A stretch of 64,000 bases of DNA from Thermoplasmata archaeon (GCA_034667725.1 JAXDQS010000003.1:288001-352000); one strand, 5' to 3'. Counted from the stretch's first letter, positions 12,201 through 20,910 are shown. Program-made: numbers and translations. The notes: generated by a model from the sequence alone, not told the origin.

Positions 12201-15200
12201 GGCAGCCGCGTCCGAGTCGAGGACAACCTGTTCGCGCGCATGGACCGCGTCGCCGGCGCCTTCGACGACTCGTGGGGCACCCTCCGCGGCAACGCTGTGC
12301 TGCACGCCGAGAAGGCCGGCTTCCTCGTCAAGGGCATCCTCGGCGCCCAGAACCTCGCCATCCTCGACAACGTCGTGCGCGAGACCTCCACCGGCATGGG
12401 CAGCCTGTTCGCCCTCGAGCAGCGCATCCTCGCCCTCGACCCGCTGCACGGCGGCGTCCCGCTGTCGGCCCGCACCCGCTACCAAGGCAACGACATCGAG
12501 TTCGCCACCCTGGAGGGCCTGTTCGCCAGCGACCTGGCGGCACCCTACTTCGTCGGCAACGACGTGACCCACGACGGCTACGGCGCCACCAACGGCATGC
12601 TGTCGGACGGCGCGTTCCACCACAACAGCCTGTACACCAACTTCAACGGCTGGATGGACCCCGTGCGCGCCGACCCGCCGCAAGGCGACGCCTGGTTCGA
12701 GGCCGGCAACGCGCCGCGGCCGTTCGCGCCGCCGGTGCGCCGCGGCCCCGTCCCCGAGGACGGCAACCTCCTGGGCGGCGCCCGCGGCCACTCGGTGGCC
12801 CCCGGCGCGATGGACTACAACTACTGGGGCCCGGAGCGCGTCGGCGGCTCGCCCGAAGGCCGCGTCCCCAAGGGCCCCGGCGGCTTCCGCCTGGCGGCCC
12901 CGCCCGACAAGCCGATGATGGCGGCCCTGACCGCGCCGGCCTACGGCGGCGGCGCCCTGCCGGACCTGCTCGACGCCACCGGCGGCGTCCTCGACCCCGC
13001 CACCGACATCCTCGGCGTCGGCGGCGACAGCCAGCCCTTCGCCGGCCTGCCCGACCTGGTGGACGTCGACCAAGTGAAGCTTGGCCTGTTCCGCGACCGG
13101 CTCGTGCCGCTCGAGGTGGACGTGCCGCCCGGCGTCACCGCGGTCACCGTCCAGGCCACGTTCCGCGAGACCGGCTTCATGCAGGCGCTCCAGATCGCCG
13201 ACCTGGACGAGCTGGCCGACACCTCGTTGGAGGAGTTCGTGGGCAGCCTGCGCGACCTCGTCGGCACCATCGTGGACGACCCCGCCGTCACCCGCACCGA
13301 GACCTGGACCCTCACCGTCCCGGGCGGCCAGTCGCACGCCGGCCGGACCTTCGCGTTTGACGGCATCCGCGAGGCCTACGTCGACGTCGAGGTGGCGAGC
13401 TTCACCGTGGACCCCGCCCTGTGGAGCCCCGCCCGGATGGCCGCCATGGGCGCCGTCGCCGTAGGCACGAACGCCTACCAGGGCGACGTGCTTCTCACCA
13501 AGGACGTCCGCGTCCACAACTCGATCACCTGGCCCCTGCTGCTGGACCTGACGACCCTCGTGCACGACCTCACCTTCACGGTCGTCAACGAGACCCTGGC
13601 CACCTTCGACCAGACGGTGCTCGGCGTCGGGCTCACGGCCTCCATCGACGGCGCCAGCAACGCCGGCCTGCCGGTCCTCCCCATGCCGGACGGCACCCTG
13701 CCGCTGCACGGCGTCCCCGACCTCCTGACATTGGCCAAAGACCAGGACCCCGTGCGCGGCATCGAGGCCCGCTTCGAGCTCGGCGCCGACGCCACCGCCC
13801 TCGCGGGCGTCCTCACCGGCATCGGCATGGACAAGAGTGTTGCCCTGCCCGACGTGCCCGAGGGCCTGACCCTGGCCGTCGAGGCCCGCGCCATGGACGC
13901 CAGCAACCTGGTGTCCCCGTGGGTCGGCGTCCGCCTGCTCACCGACCTGCACCCGCCCGCCATCGCGCTCGACAGCGAATGCCTGTCGGACACGCAAGGC
14001 GGCGTGCCCTACGAGGTCCACGAATGGCGCGGCACGGGCTGGACCGCGGCGCACCGCGCCAGCGGCGTCAGCAACGTCGCCATCCGTGTCGCCCCGGCCA
14101 TCGAGGTCGAAGGCGGCCCGCAGCCGTTCCGCGTCGACCTGCCGTTCCCCGGCGACGACGTCACGGGCGCCATCCCGATCCCCTCCTACGGCATGGTCGA
14201 CGGCATGGTGTACCAGGTCCGCGGTGTTGCCCAGGACCGCGCCGGCAACGCCGGCAGCGACGAGCTGACCCGCCTCGTGGTGGACCTGTCCGGCCCGCGC
14301 ATCCAGCTCGGCACCCTGCTCGACGCCATCGTCAGCCGCGCCCAGTCGGGCAAGCCGTTCGTCGGCCTCGGCGACCTGGTGGGCGGCAAGCTCGCCATCC
14401 GCGTCGACGTCGACGACGGCCCCACCGCGGTCGCGGAGGCGCTGCGGAACTCGTGCGGCCTCTTGGAGGCCAGCCTGGAGATGCGCACCGCCGCCAACGG
14501 CCCCTGGACCACCCTGGCCTCCTGGTCGGGCGACTCGGGCGCCAACCACGCCGACCTCGACCACGACCTCGACGTCGCCGCCGCCCTGAGCGGCCGCTAC
14601 CTCGAGCTTCGGGTGCGCGCCCGCGACGGCGCCAACCACCAGGCCGAGGCGACCACCGGCAACCTGCTGGCCGACCTGACCATCCCCGTGCCCATCGTCC
14701 TGCCCGACCTGCCCGCCTGCGTCGGCGACACCCTCGGCACCGTCGCCGTCCAATGGGGCGGCCGCGAGCTCATCCCCACGGGCGGCCTGGCCGGCAGCGG
14801 CCTCGCCTCCGGCGAGCTGGTCGCCCTCAAGGGCGCCGCCACGACGACGCTCGACCAGTTCACGGCGCCCGTCGGCACCATGGCCGTGCAACAGCCGTAC
14901 AGCCTCGACCCCGTCGCCCGCCTCACCGACGGCAGCTACGTCCTGGCCGTCCGCCTGCACGACCACGCCGGCAACAGCCAGCTCTGGAGCAGCGTCAGCG
15001 GGCTCACCCCCGCCCAGGCCGCGGAGGCCGTCGCCCTCGGCGCCCTCGCCGTGGACCCGCACGACCCCGTGCTCACGGAGCAGACGTTCCGCCACTGGGA
15101 AGGCACGGTCGCCAGTCTCCTCACGAGCGACCCGCTCAACGGCGACCTCGTCAACGTCGACGCCGCCATTGACGACGCCCTGGCCGGGATCTACAGCTGC

Positions 15201-18113
15201 GGCCTCAAGGTCGTCCAACTGTTCCTCGACAGCGCCGCCGGCACCGAGCTGCTGTCGCAGGAGAACCCGACGGGCACCGCGCAGCCGTTCTACGGCCGCG
15301 GCGTCAACCTCGCCACCAAGCCCGCGCTCGACGGCCGCACCGCGACGCTGCGCGTGCGGGCCGAGGACAACGGCGGCAACGTCCGCCAAGCCACCTCGCC
15401 CACGTTCCTGGTGGACTTGACGGCGCCCGTCATCGGCACGCTGCCCACGCTGCCCGCCTGCGTCGGCACGGCCGGCGCCGCCATCCCGTGGACCACCGTG
15501 GACGGCGCCCCCAGCGGCGTCGGCTACCCGTACACGCCCTCCGGCCTCGCCACCGACCGCGCCCGGGTCTACCGCAACGGCATCGCCACCTCGACCTACC
15601 TTGCCCCAGGCGCCGCCTGGGCGCCGGGCACGGGCGACCACGGCGTCGGCTTCACGTTCCGCGTCGAGGCCGCCGACCGCGCCGGCAACGCCGCCGCAGC
15701 CAAGACCTTCGCCACCACGGTCACGGCCGACCTCACCGGCCCGCCGCTGACGCTCGGCCTCGCTGGTCTCGGGATGCAGCTCGTCCCGCTGCCCGGGGGC
15801 GCGGACGACGGCGCCATCCACCTCTACGCCACGCCTGGCGCGGACGTCGGCTGCGCCGGCGCCGCCGGCCTCAAGGTCATGGCGCAGCGCGTCGTGGACG
15901 GCGCCGACTGGGGCAGCCCCGTCGACATCACGGCCACCGCCGCCGACTGGAGCGACCCGCTCTCGACCAACGCGGCGCTGCACCACCACAACGTGAAGTA
16001 CAAGGTGTACGCCCAGGACAGCCTCGGCAACAAGGGCGCCACCAAGGAGACGCAGCAGCTCCACGTCGACTACCGCTACCCGAACATCGACCTCGGCAGC
16101 ACCGCCGCGTTCTTCGGCCGCCTCGTCGCCACCGGCACCGACCTCGGCAACCCCTACACGGGCGTCCTCGACCTCGGCCCCGGCTTCGGCACCGAGGACG
16201 GCGCCGGCCTCGCCACCGTCGTCGGCCCCAACGCGCGTCTGCTGTCGGGCTACACCACGCTCCCGATCCGCGCCACCGTCACCATGCCCGGCGCCGTCGC
16301 CATCAAGGCCGGCCCCACCGCCACCATGGACGGCCTCAGCGCGGGCCTGTCCGGCACCGGGCCGTGGACCCACACCTACAACGTGCTGGGCGCCGCCGTG
16401 AACGCCGAGCACGCCTTCGTGGCGAGCGTCACGGGCAGCAACGGCCTCACCGGGCAAGCCAGGCACCGCGTCTTCGTGCCCCAGGACAGCAGCACCATGC
16501 TGGAGGAGTCGGCCTGGACCAAGACCGGCACCGGCACCGGCGACCGCCTGTTCGGCTCGCCCACGGGCACCACCGGCTACGCCCTGCGCATTGACGCCTC
16601 GACGACGCAGGCCGTCGACCTGCGGCGCACCGTCGCCAACCCGTCGCCGCGGCTGGCCGTCGCGGCCGACGTCCGCCTGGAGCGCAAGGACGCCACCGGC
16701 GACCTGCGCGTGCTCGACGTCCTCGACACGGCCACCACCAGCCGCGCGGCCCTCGTCGTCAAGGACGCCACCCGCGAACTGTTCCTGCGCACCAGCGCCG
16801 GCGACACCGCCACCGGCAAGTCGTTGCCCCTCGGCAGCTACACCCACGTCGCCCTCGTGCTGCGCGGCACCATCGCCGAGCTGCACGTCGGCGGCGCCTT
16901 CGTCGGCGAATACGCCGTCCCGGCCGCCACGGCGGGCGTGGCGGCGCTGGCCACCGGCGGCACGGGCGGGAAGGTGCATCTGGACAACGTGCAGGTGCAC
17001 GGGCTCGAGCTGTCGTTGAAGGAGGTCGATCCGCTGCCGTTCGGGGACGCAGGCGCCTGGACGCCCGTCGGGCTCGGCGTGACGCTCACCAGCGTCGGCT
17101 TCGGCACCGACACCGCGACCAAGATCCAGGCCACGACCACCGCCGAGGCCACGATGCCCTTCGTGGAGTCCGGCACGCGCGGCCAGGCGACCGTCCACTT
17201 CCTGCAGTCGGCCACCATCTCCACGAGCGAGGTGGCGCGCTTCGTCGACGCGGACGGCGACGCGGTCCTGACCGCCAAGCTCGGCGGCAACCGGCTGCTG
17301 GTCTCCGACGGCCTCAGCGGCTTCCACATCTTCAGCACGCCGCTCAACCTCGACTGGCACCGCCTCGACGTCTTCCGCGAGGGCAGCGACGTCTTCGCGC
17401 AGCTCGACCAAGGGACCGCCGTCAAGCTCGCGGCCAGCAGCCCCGACCCGATCGCCGACGTGGCCGCCGGCCGCGGCGGCACGGTCTACCTCGGCGACGC
17501 GCGCAGCCTCGACAGCGTGCCGTTCAAGCTCGACAACAGCCGCGGCCTCTCGGAGGCCGGCGGCTGGACGGTCGGCGGCACGGCCGCCGCCGTCACCACG
17601 GCGGTGGGCGGCCACTGGACGCCGGGTGCGTTCTCGGTCGACCCGGCCGCCAACGAGGCCGCCTACCTGGCGGTCGACGTCGCGCCAGCCGGCAGCGCCT
17701 ACACCGCGAAGGCATCGTTCCGGCCGCCGTTCGCGGGCTCGCCGGCCGCCGACCAGTGGGTGCTCGCCTTCCTGGATGCAAGCCTGGCGCCGAAGTTCGG
17801 CGTCTACTCGCTGCCGGTCGGGGCGCCGGGCGCCTACGCCGGCTACGACCTGGTCTACCGCGACCCGGCCGGCGGCGAGACGACCGTCGCCGAGGTCCGG
17901 GGCTCCAACGTCTGGCAGACCGTGGCCGTGAAGGTGGACGCCAAGGCCGGGACCGTCGAGGTGCTGGCCAACGGCGTCTCGTTCGGCGCGGCGGCCTTCG
18001 CGCCCTTCCCCGCCATCGCCAAGGTCGCGGCCGGCGACGTCTCCACCGCCGCGGCCGCCAGCCCCGGCCCAGGCGAATACGACGACCTCGTGCTCCTGCC
18101 GGGAATCAACTGA
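3237..18113 (+). CDS. giant (4958 aa) secreted multidomain surface protein: degenerate S8-like domain, parallel beta-helix, Ig-like repeats, LamG/ConA-like C-terminus
   Basis: Uninterrupted ORF with strong GC3 codon bias. Signal peptide (LVALLALLMVVAPALAPATQA). Subtilase-like motif order at about 4350-5492, beta-helix-type repeats at about 11800-12650, and D-x-x-GN...D-x-x-x-P Ig-like repeats at about 13860-16480. Confidence 0.85.
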   Translation: MSQVRRAVVSARALSQARPLVALLALLMVVAPALAPATQAITVGPADVTQAVQEVRTTATSASSSARAAVTEAVLDAADPALDLALAELDQVEAEANAARDQALALLAQDAAWRDEVRAIPEALYGVLAILDQTLADARQAADPRPYLAPLSTLVAEQAALVEELRAAVAAATDVAPDAPVEADAPDEPTEQEHVHAAGYGEEEHADGQAGRVFADDLADDLGHRAYFAMDRNWAVVGAPISVASLSKPAATLAGVQWHFDEHPIAGVGFVGGDSGANAAAIVPSFEGDRLSVRPMRSGLHHLTLTATWEDADGTHLDRVTTPIYVEDPAIATLQALPPPSEWEADVVGALTSLKPGDATGAGGLDGLLLRDRPTVLLISDFLGGYDPPAGVVAPTQGALDALAESVASFDPDAGLGQIEAWGVTDYGADITHHGGAMAATLVEAGLANVVFASGIDPDTGVLDRAAIRNALLYAQHSGNIDAVLWGLPASAYLPGVLQNAARPNLNFQSTPMLPLAADAPLPAAARDWRAAPLMPADTSSVLTDLMKLGFALDPGSDGTGLIGRLHANLDQVYNRYKPLVEAVHNDLQFDAFLQTQLLALGEQGIPTVVPAEECAALASTYMTVLGLGHLVGTYTVAAGTKDDGVDPTSCKGPDRRAHGHGQGIDFVADPRPAKATLLDAVLPEARLIPYVEGSLGAAAKVAAKLADLRFRLRDDGHPWQGQDLAGILASHAESSDLSPWAEGIGFVDVDGIPSTLPRMFARQTGVTFQPFDLEAGKATGFAQVVVTGPDAATALATAATWDAEGGTQWRMADDGWGGRAVEQVTPETPGHIGVHQGDSVATAVAPDVTIVTMELQAEPATTSGGGWMGTPWAPPRDWLLPGLYSGRTWISTSAGVLQLPINLGVGTIVDVYRFLAPDKPVGDTLVCLALPDIVGDVLGLRETSHELGLDELCLYVASTDVHGIARFYTPLPVIPYKLISWFDGRFNTRGGGIGKVYPHIEVEDVAFPLPLNLAGAAAFAAEAVGSVAGYNPPPPDQLPEEGLQLGWAEVDATPENETHPIFVRADLPYPLLYVPINMTFQLAIAVNWRYRDNMETDHFVPVATTDVLGVLDLLSGGRLPGFVSDVYFEAVQTSDVLTKAAQGIEAQVLGAATDLPGLNGTILDDILGQGVLKSLPALSDVPGTCSWGYGHATSPALTPEMAPILAADDHAGWSAASFLADKVRPAVDREAKDPNQFAWPDTLTMRSRPTIENLLTMGLSLPLCTAAYPFNVPQPNYYPTSVVHSFNLGMENTILIVCISAGMDTVCWIILAGPEGPAIIVPWDLDAKLRELLKEANGLVNFGIEPLPEPADPTLADLTAGIRGLANVPQLNVDLPVLPGIQVGGDGGRITLATDLVTAGAQSGLITYTAIPLAVADTGLLDPIVGILTANGIDVASLARSARIDMGLPGGGLVDGAVNVTADLPALLRDSIQDLLGIESKVAISRGSLDLNAWWWDDSFFDAPIALNAHLPRSTTTDCLRSWDVATDPDLMAGPRWPADGDDPTCLRDADGDIVLQSGTVGTPNGGFDLGEDWWWRTFPNVDRQLFERGMRYWDPATLVPDRAAMQADGYPWAQPEMFEVLLEQFDDEEITGTLPNQNHFHAGNGHNAHDFVSTAAHCTREQVYDTITGDPLLNENGEYCYEGLLAFEEGNGYLFHDNTRDGSGIYDPDMGLGGVDAKLLPLLDLLGAPTVANPVVWSLGFEWGGTRATTPGLVENVTGHDPRELDWWSRGVSFTANRTIYSDQYSNTTLLLGDHFKPCEEISLFSRAPLFRMDGVYDKRPRWQVACPMLPGPTAVLARQADPTLPVGYVPAGFADPAAPAYWDWQPRRMDMGPDAQLLTAPTVDGWVQDGPLLAPWLEAPSEAPEGQAWFANEGVRCRRERWMGWAPGADAQARQAAIVRFYGQQAQDVHEVRVVVPEAGRSSLSGFKDECATYDGWTYWVRADVGFNGGAVPRWNAYIRNLHPLYSNGTFAVNLEAWNQCRATADHKLDGWSCAAPDPIAQAWRDLLAQAAVRHEEYVQPTTGAAVTTPLTDDVVDRYWVAKALDFFGMNVQESGYDYDGATDPTAAPAGVPVGPDRTERVVTVPLAANPDGWYGLSPDATEWDALFHNLGLRQADWNPNDPSVQVGGMALLQDSLADLSFLLRAYLEGDQAAALAWLASERAHPTLADPEIRKADYYEAAPAWTGATTGPNPFWTDVSGHLVPYVELDRPRRDPTGAPCVGHFWLGECHRFEVKMDAGDLTGIRAAGPWEKDRAANGAPLPKDKTAFIPQGSSYARWNRQHRVPVDLAVDGGLAIDELHALPATVSSCPGAATDFWIRTAEARHAPDGWTAAFLGPAGAPTASLPGWWTMTACAVDTTPWEAWAALVHFEPGAHTDPVSYALPPALGAALLPGDDVGAVKLLHAYYTFGETDPNDPIGKARVTVTTREAPSAEHPLGRDLGCWIDRRAQHGTVPHLEFRQFDTTFWNGVVRSGFYHNVEENAHQSWNGVSGLGGLLSGDDYDAQYDEPVPATRYGPWCVVPGEGGDPVLVPARSDREYIQQRLAWNMQGGTRHANRTMLAPANPFGPVGRPMEDSPLQLDVGALLRLLDALLNDVTALADLGIPVPDLSGAVAGVVADTRLLNHTGDIAQAAKDLRTTLEALPIDIGIEASAPDLVRFDLASPVVPLARVSIASDVTVAEAALRQTHSFPPGTQGIFLASLDGETWHHLPGRLRVGVTSGDAEAGERMEFLDLSAFRGQSVLLGTQLLGAGWGDASWRIDGLQAYGTGVATGVGPAMDAFPGSLGGAVAFDPPHTPGQTWASLGALAPGSVVHLKAPLTIPTGQTLTLNGVKLVAGRCGAAACAITVDGTLRMTGGEIAPATVAAPDASQVAQGALVQVHGLLEASGTTLRGLLGGIHVLGGKLVARDCWVVDTGVLGIASLFGELDVQDCVFMGQTVGLYTLGSRVRVEDNLFARMDRVAGAFDDSWGTLRGNAVLHAEKAGFLVKGILGAQNLAILDNVVRETSTGMGSLFALEQRILALDPLHGGVPLSARTRYQGNDIEFATLEGLFASDLAAPYFVGNDVTHDGYGATNGMLSDGAFHHNSLYTNFNGWMDPVRADPPQGDAWFEAGNAPRPFAPPVRRGPVPEDGNLLGGARGHSVAPGAMDYNYWGPERVGGSPEGRVPKGPGGFRLAAPPDKPMMAALTAPAYGGGALPDLLDATGGVLDPATDILGVGGDSQPFAGLPDLVDVDQVKLGLFRDRLVPLEVDVPPGVTAVTVQATFRETGFMQALQIADLDELADTSLEEFVGSLRDLVGTIVDDPAVTRTETWTLTVPGGQSHAGRTFAFDGIREAYVDVEVASFTVDPALWSPARMAAMGAVAVGTNAYQGDVLLTKDVRVHNSITWPLLLDLTTLVHDLTFTVVNETLATFDQTVLGVGLTASIDGASNAGLPVLPMPDGTLPLHGVPDLLTLAKDQDPVRGIEARFELGADATALAGVLTGIGMDKSVALPDVPEGLTLAVEARAMDASNLVSPWVGVRLLTDLHPPAIALDSECLSDTQGGVPYEVHEWRGTGWTAAHRASGVSNVAIRVAPAIEVEGGPQPFRVDLPFPGDDVTGAIPIPSYGMVDGMVYQVRGVAQDRAGNAGSDELTRLVVDLSGPRIQLGTLLDAIVSRAQSGKPFVGLGDLVGGKLAIRVDVDDGPTAVAEALRNSCGLLEASLEMRTAANGPWTTLASWSGDSGANHADLDHDLDVAAALSGRYLELRVRARDGANHQAEATTGNLLADLTIPVPIVLPDLPACVGDTLGTVAVQWGGRELIPTGGLAGSGLASGELVALKGAATTTLDQFTAPVGTMAVQQPYSLDPVARLTDGSYVLAVRLHDHAGNSQLWSSVSGLTPAQAAEAVALGALAVDPHDPVLTEQTFRHWEGTVASLLTSDPLNGDLVNVDAAIDDALAGIYSCGLKVVQLFLDSAAGTELLSQENPTGTAQPFYGRGVNLATKPALDGRTATLRVRAEDNGGNVRQATSPTFLVDLTAPVIGTLPTLPACVGTAGAAIPWTTVDGAPSGVGYPYTPSGLATDRARVYRNGIATSTYLAPGAAWAPGTGDHGVGFTFRVEAADRAGNAAAAKTFATTVTADLTGPPLTLGLAGLGMQLVPLPGGADDGAIHLYATPGADVGCAGAAGLKVMAQRVVDGADWGSPVDITATAADWSDPLSTNAALHHHNVKYKVYAQDSLGNKGATKETQQLHVDYRYPNIDLGSTAAFFGRLVATGTDLGNPYTGVLDLGPGFGTEDGAGLATVVGPNARLLSGYTTLPIRATVTMPGAVAIKAGPTATMDGLSAGLSGTGPWTHTYNVLGAAVNAEHAFVASVTGSNGLTGQARHRVFVPQDSSTMLEESAWTKTGTGTGDRLFGSPTGTTGYALRIDASTTQAVDLRRTVANPSPRLAVAADVRLERKDATGDLRVLDVLDTATTSRAALVVKDATRELFLRTSAGDTATGKSLPLGSYTHVALVLRGTIAELHVGGAFVGEYAVPAATAGVAALATGGTGGKVHLDNVQVHGLELSLKEVDPLPFGDAGAWTPVGLGVTLTSVGFGTDTATKIQATTTAEATMPFVESGTRGQATVHFLQSATISTSEVARFVDADGDAVLTAKLGGNRLLVSDGLSGFHIFSTPLNLDWHRLDVFREGSDVFAQLDQGTAVKLAASSPDPIADVAAGRGGTVYLGDARSLDSVPFKLDNSRGLSEAGGWTVGGTAAAVTTAVGGHWTPGAFSVDPAANEAAYLAVDVAPAGSAYTAKASFRPPFAGSPAADQWVLAFLDASLAPKFGVYSLPVGAPGAYAGYDLVYRDPAGGETTVAEVRGSNVWQTVAVKVDAKAGTVEVLANGVSFGAAAFAPFPAIAKVAAGDVSTAAAASPGPGEYDDLVLLPGIN

Positions 18114-18124
18114 GGGAACCACCC

Positions 18125-19297
18125 ATGCGAAACAACCACCGAACCACCGCCGCCGCGCTCGTGACCGCCCTCGCCTTCAGCCTGGGCGCGCTCGCGCACC
18201 TCCCGTTGCCCGCCGCCGGCGCCTACCTGGCGCCGTCGCAGTCCGCGACCATCTCGTCCGACCCCGTCAACGGCACGGACTTCACGACCGGGTACGACCC
18301 CGACGTGCGCAACCAGGACGGCACGCTCATCGGCGACGGCGTCGAGCCTGTGCCCGGCGCCACCGGCAAGCTGGTCAACGGCCAGTTCGGCTGGCTGAAA
18401 GGCACTGGCAAGCACATCCTGAGCCCCCAGGAAAGCCTGGACGGCCAGCTGAGCGAGCTGCGGCTGGTGCCCGGCCTCGGCTGGTTCTGGAGCATCGACC
18501 GCCCCAGCCAGATCTCCGACGACGACCTGCACACCAGCGAGGTCGCCACCGCCACCCTGTCCCCCGTCGCCGGCGAGTACCTGCGCGTGTCGCTCTCCTG
18601 GAGCTCGCCCACCTGCGGCGCCTCCTACACGCAGCGCGACATCTGGAACGCGGGCGCGCCCATGAGCGGCCTCAAGCTCGGCGTCTTCTACCAGAAGGAC
18701 CCCGTCAACTTCATGGACAACCCGAACAATGTCGAGGAGGTCGCCAACATGCGGCATGACCGCCTGGTCCTGAACGTCGACGCCACCCCCGCCTCGGCCC
18801 TTTGCCAGGCCACCGTCGAGTACGCCTTCAACCTCCGCTTCGTCTTCGAGACCTCGTACATCAGCCCGTGGGACGGCACCGGCGCGTTGTCGAACCTCGG
18901 CGCCCAGCGGGAGGAGATGCGCGCCTGGGTCGTCCAGCCCGGCGCCACCCAGGCCCCGGCCACGGCCAGCCAGCCGAGCGACGTGCTGTACGCGCCCGTC
19001 ATCCCGCTGGTGTGGGTCTGCTCCGAGCTGCCCCGCGAAGCCCCCGACGCTTGCGCCCAGACCGCGATGGCCAACGCCCGCGCCGGCGGCCCCAAGGCGG
19101 TCGTGTTCCCAGACCCCACGAACGGCTGGCACACGCTCGTCATGAAGGTCTACCCGACCGGCGTCGTCCAAGGCTCCCGGACCTACGTGCCCGACCCCTA
19201 CACGTCGTACACTGTCACGCGGACCCGGCTGGCGACCCTGGACAGCCTGAACTACTACAACGAGCAGCCCTGGCCGTTCGCGCCGATGTACACGTGA
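18125..19297 (+). CDS. secreted hypothetical protein (390 aa), co-oriented partner of the giant protein
   Basis: ATG 11 nt after the giant-gene stop, preceded by a GAGGGA SD-like sequence. Signal peptide MRNNHRTTAAALVTALAFSLGALAHLPLPAAGA. Coding-type codon bias. Confidence 0.8.
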   Translation: MRNNHRTTAAALVTALAFSLGALAHLPLPAAGAYLAPSQSATISSDPVNGTDFTTGYDPDVRNQDGTLIGDGVEPVPGATGKLVNGQFGWLKGTGKHILSPQESLDGQLSELRLVPGLGWFWSIDRPSQISDDDLHTSEVATATLSPVAGEYLRVSLSWSSPTCGASYTQRDIWNAGAPMSGLKLGVFYQKDPVNFMDNPNNVEEVANMRHDRLVLNVDATPASALCQATVEYAFNLRFVFETSYISPWDGTGALSNLGAQREEMRAWVVQPGATQAPATASQPSDVLYAPVIPLVWVCSELPREAPDACAQTAMANARAGGPKAVVFPDPTNGWHTLVMKVYPTGVVQGSRTYVPDPYTSYTVTRTRLATLDSLNYYNEQPWPFAPMYT

Positions 19298-19328
19298 CGG
19301 CGGGCCGCTCCTTTTCCTCCTCTTTCTT

Positions 19329-20894
19329 CTAGTCCAGCCTGACGCCCGCCTTCGCCACCGCCGCCCGCAGCGTCCCCTCGCGCAGCAGCCGCGCCACCGC
19401 GGCGACGTCGTCGGCGAGGATGCGGTCCTTGTCGAGCTTCGGCACGCGGGCCCGGATGGCGCGGTGCGCCGCCGCGGAGCCGGCGCCGGGCGCAAGCGGC
19501 GCCTTGAAGTCGAGCGCCTGGGCGGCGCAGAGCGCCTCGATGGCGACCACGTTGCGGGCGTTCTCCAGCACTTGGCCGAGCTTGAGCGCCGAGATGCTGC
19601 CCATGCTGACGTGGTCCTCCTGGTTGGCGCTGGTCGGGATCGAGTCCACGCTCGCGGGGTGGGCGTGCACCTTGTTCTCGGACACCAGCGCCGCCGCGAC
19701 GTACTGCGCGATCATGAAGCCGGAGTTGAGGCCGCCCGCGTCCACCAGGAACGGCTTGAGCCCCTCGCTCAGGTCCGGGTTGACGAGGCGCTCGACCCGG
19801 CGCTCCGCGATGCTGGCCACCTCGGCCAGGGCGATGGCCAAGAAGTCGAGCTGGAACGCCAGCACCTCGCCGTGGAAGTTGCCTTGGCTGACGATGCTGC
19901 CGTCGGGGAACACGAGCGGGTTGTCGGTGGCGGCGTTGACCTCGATCGCCAACACTTGGGCCGCTGTCTCCACCACGTCGCGGCAGGCGCCCAGCACCTG
20001 CGGGATGCAGCGCAGCGAGTAGGCGTCCTGCACGCGCTCGCAGCCGGCATGGCTCTGGACGATCGCCGAGCCGGCGGTGGCGGCGCGCAGGTTGGCGGCG
20101 ACGACGGCCTGGCCCGGATGCGGGCGGGCGGCGTGGACGCGCGGGTCCATCGGCGCCGTCGAGCCCATCAGGGCCTCCAGGCTCATGGCGGCCGCCACCT
20201 GGGCGTCGTGCAGCAGGCCGCGGGCGTCGTGGACGGCGAGCACGCCGATGGCCGCCATCATCTGGGTGCCGTTGATGAGCGCCAAGCCCTCCTTGGCCTC
20301 CAGCACGAGCGGCGCCAGGCCGGCCTCGCGCAGCGCCACGTCGGCGGGCACGATGCCGCCGTCGGCGCGCGCGACGTGGCCGAGGCCGATGATGGGGAGT
20401 GCCATGTGCGACAGCGGCGCCAGGTCGCCGGAGGCGCCAACGCTGCCGCGCGACGGCACCATGGGCACCAGGTCCTTCTCCAGCAAGAGCAGGATGCGCT
20501 CGACCAGCAGGCGCCGGACGCCTGATAGGCCCTTCAGCAGCGTGTTGGCGCGAACCAGCATCATCGCGCGCACCACCTCGCGCGGGAGCGCCGGACCGAC
20601 GCCGACGCTGTGGCTCATCAGCAGGTTGCGCTGCAATTCGCGGACCTGGGCGGGGTCGATGCGGACGTGCGCGAACTCGCCGAAGCCCGTCGTGATGCCG
20701 TAGGCCACCTCGCCTTTCCGGACGAGGGCATCGACGACCTTGCGGCTGGCCTCGACGGCGGCCCAGGCAGCGGGAGCGACCTCGACGCGGGTGGCGGGGT
20801 CGCGGGCGACGCGGGCCACGTCCTCAAGGGTCAGGCTGGAGCCGTCCAGGCGCACCGGCTGCACGGTGGGGCGGACCCTGGGGGGGCGGTTCAA
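19329..20894 (-). CDS. hutH: histidine ammonia-lyase
   Basis: YGITTGFG, MIO-forming GSVGASGDLAPLSH, KEGLALINGT, QDAYSLRC and NQEDHVSMG motifs. The start may be a few codons downstream (GTG of VQPVRLDG). Confidence 0.96.
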   Translation of the reverse strand: MNRPPRVRPTVQPVRLDGSSLTLEDVARVARDPATRVEVAPAAWAAVEASRKVVDALVRKGEVAYGITTGFGEFAHVRIDPAQVRELQRNLLMSHSVGVGPALPREVVRAMMLVRANTLLKGLSGVRRLLVERILLLLEKDLVPMVPSRGSVGASGDLAPLSHMALPIIGLGHVARADGGIVPADVALREAGLAPLVLEAKEGLALINGTQMMAAIGVLAVHDARGLLHDAQVAAAMSLEALMGSTAPMDPRVHAARPHPGQAVVAANLRAATAGSAIVQSHAGCERVQDAYSLRCIPQVLGACRDVVETAAQVLAIEVNAATDNPLVFPDGSIVSQGNFHGEVLAFQLDFLAIALAEVASIAERRVERLVNPDLSEGLKPFLVDAGGLNSGFMIAQYVAAALVSENKVHAHPASVDSIPTSANQEDHVSMGSISALKLGQVLENARNVVAIEALCAAQALDFKAPLAPGAGSAAAHRAIRARVPKLDKDRILADDVAAVARLLREGTLRAAVAKAGVRLD

Positions 20895-20910
20895 TGCTTC
20901 GCGCGGCCGG

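Noticed and set aside
3090-18122. 5010-aa antisense ORF mirroring the giant gene
   Set aside because: It is in codon register with the + strand gene. Strong GC3 bias avoids TTA/CTA/TCA and so removes antisense stops. The translation is V/G/E/D/A/R-rich with no motifs, so it is a shadow ORF.
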